64,000 nucleotides of DNA, taken from contig OX597833.1 in the NCBI GenBank assembly GCA_951406725.2, forward strand, positions 21,390,001 to 21,454,000, given 5' to 3'. The position numbers and the translations under genes are program-made. The notes under the pieces are model-generated. The model was not told where the DNA came from. It worked only from the letters and a program-made list of their open reading frames with translations, and searched no databases. Position 1 is the stretch's first letter; every line of letters begins with the position of its first letter. This DNA comes from Octopus vulgaris (Eukaryota). Positions 52,050 through 64,000 of this stretch are shown here, piece by piece.

Positions 52050-52608
52050 GACTTTGCCTTTCATCTCTTAGGGATCGGTAAAATAAGTATCAATTGAGAA
52101 CTGGGTACCCCCTCCCCTGAAATTACTGGCCTTGTGCCAAACTTTGAAGCCAATATTTAAATAGAAGTGGTGAGGTGGAAGAATCGTTACCGCGCCGGGC
52201 AAAGTGCTTAGCGGCATTTCGTCCGTTTTTAAGTTCTGAGTTCAAATTCTGCCGAAGTCGACTTTGCCTTTCTTCCTTTCAGGGGTTGATACAAAAGTAC
52301 CAGTTGAGCACTGGGATCGGTGTAATCGACTTAAACCCAGAATTCTCCAGAATTTCGGGCGCTGTACCAAAATTTGAAATCAATATTTGAAAAGGGGAAA
52401 AGCGGTGATCTGGTTGAATAGTTAACGCACCTGGTAAAATGCTCAGCGGTATTTCGTCCGTCTTTACGTTCTGAGTTCAAATTCCGCCGAGGTTGACGTT
52501 GCCTTATCGATAAATAAGTATCAGTTAGGTACCGGGGTCGATGGTAATCGACTTAGTCCCTCCCACAAAATTGCTGACTCTGGGCCAAAATTTGAAATCG
52601 ATATTTAA
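52050..52608 (+). mobile_element. Cluster of three SINE family B copies (variant tail)
   Basis: GAGTTCAAATTC..CCGA.GTCGACTTTGCCTTT core, each copy ending TTTGAA...ATATTT. Confidence 0.8.
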
Positions 52609-52848
52609 ATAGGAAACAAAGACGTTAAAAGCTAACCTGATGCATCGATAGCACCCGCTACAGCATCCTTGGTCCCTCATGGCCTCCAAACATTTTTCAT
52701 CACCTCCACACCGCCAACAGGTTAATACCACCCACTTTGAGAAGCGCTAACGTAAATCCTGTTTGTTGGCCCACATTGTTTTTAGTTGACGTCATTGTTT
52801 AATCCCAGATCACCTACGATCGTTTCATACAAATTTATTGCAGCTGCA

Positions 52849-52991
52849 GGCCTGGCTGAGTGCTTAAGTTGCTCGTTTTGTAACCACGTAGTGCTGGGTT
52901 TCGTCCCACTACACGGCACTTTGGGCAAGTATCTTTTACTATAGCTTCGATCCGACCAATGCATTGTGAGTGAGTTGTGTGGAAGCCCGTC

Positions 52992-53052
<61 letters not shown>

Positions 53053-53280
53053 CGTGCGTGCGTGTGTCTATGTGTGTATGTCTTTTTGTCGGTGCTACTC
53101 ACCTACTGCTACTGCTTGACAACTGGTGTGGGTTTATTTATATCTTTGTAACTTAGCAGATCGGAAAAAGGAGACCGAAAACAAAATAAAGTAGTGTGTT
53201 CGATTTGTTCGACTAAACATTTAAAGGCGGAAAGGTCCCGCCATGTTCGCAGTCCAGTGACTGAAACAAATCGAAAATAA
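52849..53280 (+). mobile_element. SINE family A, diverged
   Basis: Core and tail similarity. Confidence 0.75.
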
Positions 53281-53365
53281 TAGAAATATTCCTGAAATGT
53301 CTTTTGGAATGGAAATGTGAGATGCGTAACCTGTTGAACAGAATATATATCTGTGTATATATATA

Positions 53366-53421
<56 letters not shown>

Positions 53422-53570
53422 CATACATACATACATACATACATACATACATACATACATACATACATACATACAAGCACACATACATACATGCACAGAT
53501 AGATAGATAGACAGACATATAGACAAACAGATAGACAGACATATAGACAGACAGACAGCTAGACAGGCAC

Positions 53571-53612
<42 letters not shown>

Positions 53613-54774
53613 GAAAACGAATAATCACATGGTCACAACTGTCCGACGTACTGTAACGTGAGACTCTGAGTAACAGATTGTGAAGATTTTTCCAACTTTA
53701 GTAAAAGTACACACACACACACACACACAAACACACACACGTTTGTATGTATGTATGTATGTATGTATGTATGTATGTATGTATGTATGTATGTATGTAT
53801 GTATGCACGCATGTATAAGAAAACCAAGAAGTGAATACAGATTTGTTAATTTCAAACGATTTCCATATGATTACAGCAATTCTGGTAATCTTCTTCGTGT
53901 AGTATTATTAATTCCAACATTCCAAATTATACGCTCACATTTTTACCTCAATCTTTTACGTATTATTTATTATATAAATAGGTTCATTATAGAGACGCCG
54001 TCCATTGTTGTTGCCGTTTTCTATTCTTGTTTTCACCATTTCTATATCCGGGTTACCATATTTGTCTCTAATTCGTGTCTCTTTTGTTTGTTTGTTTGTT
54101 TGTTTTCATCAATGTTCCGTTATTGCTTTTTATTGGCCAATTCAATGATTCTCCTCTTTCCGTATCCTGTTTTGTGAAATCACAACCTGTTTTACTAGAC
54201 TTGTTTAAAATGCTTACGATTTCTCATTGGTGGAATTAATATTAGTTCTGAATCTACCAGTCAATTACATCATCAGACCTTGCTTCTTTTTCTTCAAGTT
54301 GTTCATCGCTTCGCATTGCGGTTAACGCGTCCAACCAACATATTAACTCACGGAAAAGAATGGCAATTTGGAAGCACCTAAAATAAAATACAAACCGCAG
54401 GAACGCAAAAACATCACATTATACAATGTATTTATAAATTAAGTATAATGGCAATTTTAGCGAAACATATACCAATGAAATAACTGATTGAAAACTTTAG
54501 CAAACAGGACATGATTATGAAATCAACATGTAAATGCTTGGCAACTACTGAACCAGCCAATGAAAAGTGATAAACAAAGAATCAACTAATTAGCAACACA
54601 AGTTAATTGTATGTAATCGATAGGGGATACAGGACAACTACTGCATTAAAAGTGATATACAGGCAAATAAATTTCGAGAAAACGGATATGATTACAAACT
54701 CAAGTAGCCTAATCCAGGTGTAACTAACGAATTAGTCGAAGAAACGCAGGTATGGTTTTGAGGTGAAAATCACT

Positions 54775-55150
54775 TTGCAGCCATGTTATTTCGGGATCGG
54801 TCTCACTGTGTGGCACCTTGGGCAAGTATCTTCACCTATAGCCCTGAGTCGATCAATGCCTTGTGAATGAATTTAGTAGACAGAAACTTGCGGAAGCCTT
54901 GTATATACGTCTGTGTGTGTGTGTGTGTGTGTGTGTGTTAGTGTGTTTGTGTGTGTGTGTGTTTGTATTTATCTTTCCCCCACACTGCTCGATGCCGATG
55001 CGGGTTTGTTTGTGTCCTGTAACCTAGAGGTTCGACAGAAAAGTCTGATAAAATAAAAATCAGATATCTTTGGAAAAATCAGCACTGGGATCGATTTGTA
55101 CCCTTGCATGGCCGCAGTCCAATGACTGAAACAAGTAAAAGTTAAAAGTA
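54775..55150 (+). mobile_element. SINE family A, diverged
   Basis: GGCACCTTGGGCAAGT...CATGGCCGCAGTCCAATGACTGAAACAAGTAAAA. Confidence 0.78.
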
Positions 55151-55316
55151 AAACGTAACATGAGAATGATAAAAAATACATATAAAGCAACTTATAAAGG
55201 AACAGGTACCTTATGAGCAGTCTGTTACATTAGTAGAACAAAAGCTGACTTAACAATGAATTCAATTTGAAATAAATATCAATATGTGTGTGTATGAGTG
55301 TTGGTGCATGCACATA

Positions 55317-55609
55317 TATCACCGTGATCACCGTGACCGACCAGGCTATCAGATGTTGCTACACATCGTTGGTCACAATGCACTTCACATTGCTTTAGCC
55401 TTCAAATGACGCCACCCCGCTGGCTAAGCGACTAGGCCAACAGAAGAAAGAGTGAGAGAAAGTTGTGGCGAAAGAGTACAGCAGGGTTCGCCTCGTGAAG
55501 CTTTAGGTGATTTCGCTCAATAAACACTCACAACGCCCGGTCTGGGAATCGAAACCGCGATCCTACGACCGGGAGTCCGCTGTGCTAACCACTGGGCCAT
55601 TGCGCCTCC
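55317..55609 (-). mobile_element. SINE family C with a third tail type
   Basis: Head as in 16209; tail ends in a repeated CACGGTGAT. Confidence 0.87.
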
Positions 55610-55979
55610 GCGTGTACATATATACATGTATACATATATACATGTGTGTATATGTGTGTGTGTGTATTTACATATGAAGTAAAAGCAGCCCTAGTGAAAT
55701 AAATATTATTAAAAACATATACTAATGTATATGTTTTGTCTATTTCCCGGTATCTGCAATGGCGTAGCGGAGCATATAAACTCTCATGTCGCCGGTGTTT
55801 AACAAGTCACAAAAATGACGAAACATCGATGTCCGTCGCTCCCAAATGGAATTGAAGGTGAGTTATCTCTCCTGTCCATAACTAAGGTGTTGTAACACCG
55901 ACGATATGGGAGTCTATATTCTCCGCTTCGCCACTGCAGCCACTGGAAAATACACAGGACATATATTTAATAATGTATA

Positions 55980-57103
55980 TCAGTTCGCTAAGAATGAAAT
56001 GCCCGATTTTGAATTGAAAGTTTATTTTACTTTATCTTAACAAAAAGCAATGCAGTTAATCAAAGTATGCACTTAAATTATCAATACAATTTTGCCACTT
56101 TATCGGTTGCTTCTTTATGTCGGCAGCGAAGAATTCTGGAGGACAAGAGGTGACGAAATCACAAGAGGGGGTTGTTGCATCTTCTTCAGATTTTAATTTT
56201 TTTCTTTGCAAAATGTTGTCTAATGCCTGGGAAGTGGAATTGTCAGATGGTGCAAGGTCTGGGGAATATGGTGACGACAGAGTGTTTTCAAGTTCAGTTC
56301 CTGTAACCTGAATAGCGTTCTTTGTGCAACGTGGGGGTGAGCATTTTCTCGCAAGAGAATTAGCCTGTCTCTATTAACAAATCTTGATTGTTTAATTACA
56401 GGTTCACTCATCATTTCATCCAATTGGTTGATGTATACATCCGCTGTAATTGACATACCAGGTCTCATAAAGTTGTAATGTATGACACCAGCGCTGAACC
56501 ACCAAGCAAACACCATTAGCTTTTTTTGGTGAATATTCTTTGTTGGATTGTGTTTTGGCATTTCATCTCTATCCAACCACTTTGCAGAAAGCTTGCTATT
56601 GTTGAAAATAATCAATTTTTCATCACACGTAACAATACGATGCAAAAATGGTTCGCTTTTATGCCGTGACAGCAAAGAATAGCAAGTCTCAAGACGCCGT
56701 GTCATTTGATGCTCGTTCAGTTTGTGTGGTACTAACTTGTCCAGCTTCTTTATCATAACGATTTCTTTCAGATGGTCCAATACGGTTGGAATCGAAACAT
56801 CAAACCTTGCTGCTAACTCACGCATAGTTTGAGATGTATCTGCTTCCACTACAGTTTCCAGCTCATCATTATCCACCTTGGTCACAGGTCTACCACAGGA
56901 CTGATTTTCAAAAGTAAAGTCACCAGACAAAATGTGATTTACAAGAGAAAACTCAATATAATCAGACACCATTAATTGCATTTCGAAAAGTGATGATGTA
57001 ACTCTTCAATATTGTAAAACAAAGAATTGTCAGGATAAAACATTTGAGTTAACGACTGTCAAACTTGGTGCAAAAGAAAATCGGACATTTCATTCTTAAT
57101 ACT
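55980..57103 (-). mobile_element. Mariner transposon, decayed (ORF 56220-56981)
   Basis: LVPHKL, IVTCDEK, ENAHPH motifs; TIR-like AAGAATGAAATG(C/T)CCGATTTT at both ends. Confidence 0.92.
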
Positions 57104-57378
57104 TCAAAATTATACTAAAACACAGAACAACAAACAGGATGTAGTAGCTCAGCAATAATCAAAGAATTCGTTGACGTTTCGAGTCTATACAGAAAGGAGA
57201 TAGAAGCGCAAACACGCGCGCACGCGATCGTGTGCGTGCGCGGGCGTGTATGTGTGTTTGTGCGTACGTGTATGTGTGTGTGTGTGTGTATATGTGTAAA
57301 TTATTTTATATTTCTTTATTGATGGGCACATACTATATTTCTTCAATCTTTTCTTACTGATTGCATTTCCCTTTCACT

Positions 57379-57411
<33 letters not shown>

Positions 57412-57924
57412 ACCCTCCCTCCAACTCTATATATTGTTCTCTTTCACTGTCTTAATCTCTCTCTGTCTGTCCCCCTCTCTCTCCCTGTTTACCTATCTTT
57501 TTCTTCTTTTTTTCCCCATCCCCCTGCATGTGTATGCATATATGTACATGCCTGTATGCTTGTGTTTGCGTGAATGTATATGTGTATATATGTACGCGTG
57601 CATATACAAAAATATGTAAGTATGTATGCATATACAATGATTGTGTGTGTGTATGTATTTATGAACGTATGTATGCATGCATATATACACGCATGTTCGC
57701 ACGTGTGCGTATGTGTACACGCACATACATACACACTTATAAATACATATATACACATACACACACATATATATATATATATATACACACACACATACAT
57801 TCACACACTCACACACACAAATACTTACACGCACACCCACACATTAATTCTTAGGTTTATCTTTCTTTTCCAAATACCATTCATATTTACTTTTATGATA
57901 AACAAACAGTTACAATGAAATTAA

Positions 57925-57979
57925 ATATAATAATAATAATAACAACAACAATAACAACAACAACAACAACAACAACAAC

Positions 57980-58017
<38 letters not shown>

Positions 58018-59146
58018 TAATAACCGTGATCGATGATTCGATTTTTTGTTCAATAACCTCCTCAAGGGCACTATATGAATGCTTTATTAATGTAATATGC
58101 ATTTATTGTTGTAGATGTTGTTGTTGCTGCTGTTGTTGATGTTGTTGTTGTTGTTGTTGTTGTTGTTAGTAGTAGTGGTGGTGGTGGTGGGGTGGTGGGA
58201 TGTTTTGTGGCTTGTTTGATATCCTTCATTATTTTTTTTTCTTCATAGTTGTATGATTTATGTGCATTTTTTTGAGGGGAGGGGCGGTTTCTTTTGAATT
58301 TGTTAATGATTTTTTTGTTGAAATTGTTATTATTATTATTGCTGTTGTTGTTACTGCTAATGTTGATGTTGTTGTTGTTGTGTTTTGTGTCTACTTGTAT
58401 ATTTGAGATTTCATTTTCATACTGCATCTGTTGATGCTGTTGGAAGTCTTGTGGCTTTTGTTATTGTAGTTATTGATGCCGTTGCTATTGATGATGATGA
58501 TGATGATAGTGGTGGTGGTGGTGGTGGTGGTGATGGTGGTAGTAGTGGTTGTGGTGGTGATTGTGGTGGTGGGGGGGAGTGTTTGTGGTTGTCGTCGTCA
58601 TGATGATGATGACAATGGTGGTGGTGGTTTTGGTGGTGATGATGATGAAGACGATGACAAAAAAATGACAGAAAGATGATGAAGATGACAAAGACGACTA
58701 GATTGCTGCTACTGATGGCGATGATGATGATTGTGACGATGATGATGAGGAGGAGGAGGAGGAGAAGAAGAAGTAATAGGAGGAGGAGGAGAAGAAGTAG
58801 GAGGAGGAGGAGGAGGAGGAGGAGGAGGAGAAGTAATAGGAGGAGGAAGAAAAAGAGGAAGAAAAGGAGAATGAGGAGGAAGAAGAAAAAAAAGAGGAGG
58901 AGGAAGAAAAATAGGAAGAAGAGGAGGATCGAGAAAAGAGGAGGAGGAAGAGGGGAGAGAAGGAGGAGGTGGTGGAGAAGGGGAGGAGGAGAAGGGGAGG
59001 GAGGCAGGGAAGGGGAGAGGAGGTGGAGGGAAGCAGGGAAGGGGTGGGGAGGAGGCGGAGGAGGGAAGCAGGGAAGGAGGATGGGGAAGAGGAGGGGAGG
59101 AGGAGGAGGGAAGCAGGGGAGGGAAGGAGGAGGAGGAGGAAAGAAG
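57925..59146. repeat. Mixed trinucleotide and purine-rich low-complexity block
   Basis: (AAT)n, (AAC)n, (GTT)n, (GGT)n, (GAT)n, (GAG)n. Confidence 0.93.
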
Positions 59147-59399
59147 ACAAATGGATGATTGTCACCACTAGGCCAACCCAACCAGATCGAAGAAACCTAT
59201 AATCAATAGCATTTTCGTCTTTTGTGAAAACATCTTGCAGACTTTCATTGTGTAAACGAGTGATGTTCACAAAGTGCTCCACGGTGGGGTTTCATATCTA
59301 CTGAGGTGCGCCGCAGAGTGTTAAAAAATATAACTTAAGGCTTTCGAAAAATCCAAAACAGTACTTTAGCATCTTGGAAAACGATTTTGTTTTATATAA

Positions 59400-59690
59400 G
59401 TTCTGTTATACACAGAGAGGGAGGCATAGAACTTCTGGTCCTTATCAGCCAAAAACTGAAGCAAGTGCGATTTCAGGTCCTCATCATTATTGGAAGTTTT
59501 ACCATTCAAATAATTTTTCAAACTTAGAAATAAATGGTAATCTGATGGTGCAAGGTCGTGGCTATATAGTGGATGTGACATCACTTCCCAACCGAGGTCG
59601 TCGATTTTCTACGGATAAAGATGTGGAGGAAGCGGTGCATAAATGTTGCACGACCAACCAAAATCCTTTTTCTTGGAGGGAATATACTGA
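59400..59690. mobile_element. Two mariner C-terminal fragments in opposite orientation
   Basis: Minus: [23 protein letters not shown]; plus: RGRRFSTDKDVEEAVHK. Confidence 0.75.
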
Positions 59691-60066
59691 TTTCAGTCAG
59701 AAATTGAGGGGATTCTGGAGCAACCGACTTCTAGCGTGTCTAGGTTTATTTTCTGCACAGTTTCTGTACTGTTTCTGGTGAAGTAGCGAGATGGACGGAA
59801 CGGCTCTTCATTGTGCTTCCTACTGCAATGTAGATTCACCTGGTGTCTCAGACAAAAATACGTCCACACGGTCTTTGAAGATTACACAGTTACAACACGC
59901 AAATATCTGAGGATGTTTGGGAAAATGTTGAAAAACCAAACTGTTAAAGTACTAAGTTCTTATTCTGGATAGAGAAGATGGGATCTTTGACACTGTGCAG
60001 TACCATCCAATTCGGTAGTTGCTATAGCTTTCACTTCCCAGGAACTCATCTGTTTCACCGAGTCAA

Positions 60067-60446
60067 TCTTCTCTATATATATAAACGGCAGTTTGTCTGT
60101 GTGTGTGTCTGTGTGTCTGTCAGGTTGTACCCTCACCCTACCACGGCTTTCAACCGATTCTGATGAAACTTGATACACACATAGCCCAATGTCATAATTC
60201 AAAACTAACGCAGCGAAAATTTTGAAAAGTTCCCCCAGTTCTGAAAAAAATCGATAAATTCTACATGGGATCGAGAATCAGAAACACAAACCACAGACTG
60301 TCTAAGGGACGCAACTCGACCTTTTTAATTCTCAAAAAAAATTTACCATCATTTTTTTTTCCATTTTTTTGCTATTTCTTGGCTATAACTCTCTAAAAAT
60401 GCTTTATACCCTTACAAACCCGAGCAACGCCGGGTGATACTGCTAG
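60067..60446 (+). mobile_element. Non-autonomous Helitron
   Basis: A|TC start; same 3' hairpin and CTAG|T as 35819-36213. Confidence 0.88.
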
Positions 60447-60454
60447 TCTTTGTA

Positions 60455-60740
60455 TATTGGCGCTGGATTGCCTCAAGTTCCACTACGAAATTGTCGCTCT
60501 ACGGTGACCGGTAATCCAGATAACTGAAAACAAGAATTCTCCATTGGTATCGCATAGTAGCCTTCTTCGTGGCTCACAGCTAATCCCATGCACAGTGATA
60601 CTATCGTTCTGATATGCACATGGAATGTTGCATCATTACTCGTGGGGATTCCCAGGTCCCGTACCGACTCCAGCTCTGGGATTGTACTGCCATTGGTCCG
60701 ATGTATTCCGATCTTGCACTGTATGTAGGCTGACAAATGT
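60455..60740 (-). mobile_element. Decayed LINE RT fragment (CR1/L2-like)
   Basis: ESVRDLGIPTSNDATFHVHIRTIV. Confidence 0.6.
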
Positions 60741-60797
60741 TCATATGGAATTAAAGATATATATATACATACCGCACATATATAATGTACATGTATG

Positions 60798-60832
<35 letters not shown>

Positions 60833-60837
60833 ATACA

Positions 60838-60999
60838 GGCGCAGGTGTAGCTGTGTGATAAGAAGCTTGATTCCCAACTACAAGGTTCCGGGTCCAGTCC
60901 CACTGCGTGGCATTTTGCACAAATATCTTCTACTATAGCCTCTGACTGACCAAAGTCTTACGTATGAATTTCGTAGACGAAAACTGAATGAAGCCTCTC

Positions 61000-61072
<73 letters not shown>

Positions 61073-61508
61073 CGCGTGTGTGTGAGGGAGTACTGAAAAG
61101 TTCCTAGCAATATGTAACAGAAAATACAGGAGGATCAGTTAATTATGATTTTATTCTTAATATTCCCCTCTCAGATTCACACACTTAATGCAGTAGTCTT
61201 TCAGTTTTTCTAAGGCCTGTAAAAGAACTCGAAAGTTTGGGACTCCAACCAGGCCTTTCGCGACACCCTTAAAGCCAGAAATTTGAGCACGTTCTCGTGT
61301 GTGTGTCTTTGAGTCTGTGTTTGTCCCCCGCCACCACTTCACAACCGGTATTGGTGTATTTACGTCCCCATAACTCAACTGTTCGGCAAACGAGAAAGAT
61401 AGAATAAGTACTAGGCATTAAAAAAAGGGACTGGGGTTGATTCATTCGACTAAAAGTTCTTCAAGACGGTGCACCCACATGACTGCACTTTAATGATTGA
61501 AATAAGTA
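60838..61508 (+). mobile_element. SINE family A with a mariner end (about 61084-61290, minus) inserted in its microsatellite
   Basis: SINE halves flank GAGGGAGTACTGAAAAGTTCC... and a KCVNLRGEY* coding end. Confidence 0.8.
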
Positions 61509-62742
61509 ACACCTAAAAAAGATATATACAGAGAGTAAGAGGGTGGGAGGGAGAAGAAGGAAGAGAGAGAGAGAGAGAAGGTAAACAGAGATGATGCACT
61601 TTTTCTTTAACATTTCTTAGATGTTCCTTAGCGAAAATCTTTCGTATATTATAGAAGAAACAAGGTAAAATAAATATCAGTTTAAATTTTTTTTAATTCA
61701 GAATGAAAACCAAAAATATTTCAAAACTGAATTATTTCTTTATTTTTTTATCCTTGACATAAACCCCACATATTTTTAAAGAATTGGTCTTTGAAGTTTA
61801 AGAAAATAGACCAAATTGGGGTCTGTTCTTCATAATTCGGCACCAAACACCACATTTTTATTATGGCGTTCTTCCACATAGCTTATTGTTGATTTCTCAG
61901 AACCGGTGGAGTGTCTGAGGAATGTTTTGTGCAACATAGTTGTAGCATTATATATTCGCCATTCAAATCTCATCACAGACAACCGGCTTCAAATATCTGA
62001 AAACGAAGAACATATAAACTATATCGAACTTTTATGTATATAGATAACATATCGATCAAGACATCACACATAATCGAATATAATAGGTATTTATGCATAT
62101 TTCAGAATTGTCGAAAATCAAATTATAACTTACCAATGCCACGAATCTAGCCTTGTGAGGTTCTCAGTTTCCTGAATGTTGCAAGCAAGCACTGATGTCT
62201 GGCTGTTGTATACATATGGAGACACTTGTTGGCAAATTAATTATGGTGAGATGTAGAAATGCGTGGTATTTTTTTCTATATGTGAATATTAGGCGTCTGT
62301 AGTTAAATTAAAAGAAAATGAAAAACAAAAGTGGACAAAAATACGAAGATGGAAAATATACAAAAGGGGAAAAAATATCGAAAATATCTTTGGTGAGATG
62401 TGCTTTAGCAATAAAGATTTATTGAAATCATATTATGGGATCAATATATGCAGCATGTTTCGTCGCAAAAAGTTCTACAAGAACAATGGTAAAACAATTG
62501 AATGCAGAAACACATGCACAGAAATGCATAAATATAACATACGTAGAAACAACATTGGATATTGGATAAATTGGAATTGCATAAATATTTCCATTCCTTA
62601 CTTTTTCTCATGGTCCTTCTTAATAAAAGATGTCACGTATAACAGTCTCCACCGGGGGAGATCTAAAGAAATAGTAATAGAAATCATACATAAGTGTAAG
62701 GGATTACACGTACACACATGTATACATATATATATATACCTA

Positions 62743-62800
<58 letters not shown>

Positions 62801-62952
62801 TTATATATATATATATAGAGAGAGAGAGAGATTCAGATTAATATGCTACTTAAGTTGAGGCACCAGAATTTAGTACAGTATTATCCATACAATTTCAAAA
62901 TAAGGTGATTATAATCAAAATAAGCAAGAAGGATATCCAGAGGTAATGCAGT

Positions 62953-63014
62953 ACGATCGTTTCATGCAACTCCATTTAATTGAACAATTAAATGGAGTTG
63001 CATGAAATGATCGT
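62953..63014. repeat. Palindrome with 30-bp arms and a 2-nt loop, each arm ending in a hammerhead 3' half
   Basis: ACGATCGTTTCATGCAACTCCATTTAATTG-AA-CAATTAAATGGAGTTGCATGAAATGATCGT. Confidence 0.9.
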
Positions 63015-64000
63015 CAGCAAATTTATATAGATGTTAAAGGACAATAATAAAAAATTATAAGCTTAAATGGAAGATTATAAGTCAGGTCAGATCTTATGGA
63101 ATTTTCGATAAGAGGTGTGAGTTGTGTCTCGAAGAAATATTTCAAATTCTAACATCTAAACACAAGCTCCTTAATTCTAGGAAATCGGCAAGTATATCTT
63201 GTAATCCATTCCTCTAAAATGTTTTTAGCAAATATAATTAATAAAGATAAAATTGAATATTAAAAATATAAACATAATATAGTAAATATAACTTAATTTA
63301 AAAACCAAGTATAAAATATTATAATATATAACATATACAAAAAAGTCCAATTAAAATTTTGAGTATTAATCTTTATTGATTAATTAGCAAATATAGGTAA
63401 TTTAAATTTAAATGAAAATTTAAATTGAAAACTTGTAAGTCTATCGATAACATTAATTTTGATGGCGTAATACACTTAATCTTTATACGTACTAAATTTA
63501 AATGCATTCAACGTACTAAATTTAAATGCATTCAAGTGCATGTATAAATACATGTACTGACACACATACATAAATATAGAAATAATAATGACTAACAATA
63601 AAGATTAGTTTTTATTCTCAAATAAATATACTCCCATGAATATAAATGTACTTATTTATTTGATACAAGACTTTCATTTTCCAATTATTATACACACACA
63701 AATATAAATATATTTATTTATATATTTTATTACCGTTACATATAATATATATTGATGTCTATCCAATATTAACATTTTCTGTCGTTATTAATTGTAATAA
63801 ATGACTATAAAAATTGGCTTTTATTTTCAGATAATTATAAACAAACGCATATATAAATAAACTGATTTGATTTCATAAGCCTTTTACTAACATGCATACA
63901 CACATACACACACATAAAACAACATAAATAATAAACAGCCACACACCCACATACTCACACAAATTAACATAGACAATAGGCATCCATATTCAAAACAGTT

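Noticed and set aside
59150-59290. Non-repetitive ORF start MEHFVNITRLHNESLQDVF
   Set aside because: Too short and not recognisable; the remainder is low-complexity

Overview
Repeat-dominated eukaryotic DNA, intergenic or intronic. The microsatellite load and SINE families suggest a coleoid cephalopod such as Octopus (inference from recalled repeat content, not verified). No host gene can be called with confidence, and nearly all tracked ORFs are microsatellite or SINE artefacts. The one intact protein is the reverse transcriptase + GIY-YIG endonuclease of a 5'-truncated Penelope-like element (PLE, Neptune-type) on the minus strand, lying between two (TA)n tracts (about 30813-34464). An upstream ORF missed by the ORF track (34462-33962) overlaps the RT frame exactly at a U-UUU-UUA slippery heptamer, which suggests a programmed -1 frameshift. 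Several PLE terminal remnants carry minimal hammerhead-ribozyme motifs with non-canonical cores (U3:A8, G3:C8, U4C). Also present: spacer-free or (TA)n-spaced palindromes, a SINE tetramer with identical junctions inside one TSD, SINEs with shuffled head/tail modules, decayed R4/Dong-like and CR1/L2-like LINEs, a decayed second PLE, many Tc1/mariner copies, two Helitrons and a nested TIR element. Element boundaries were read by eye and are approximate unless a TIR or TSD is quoted.
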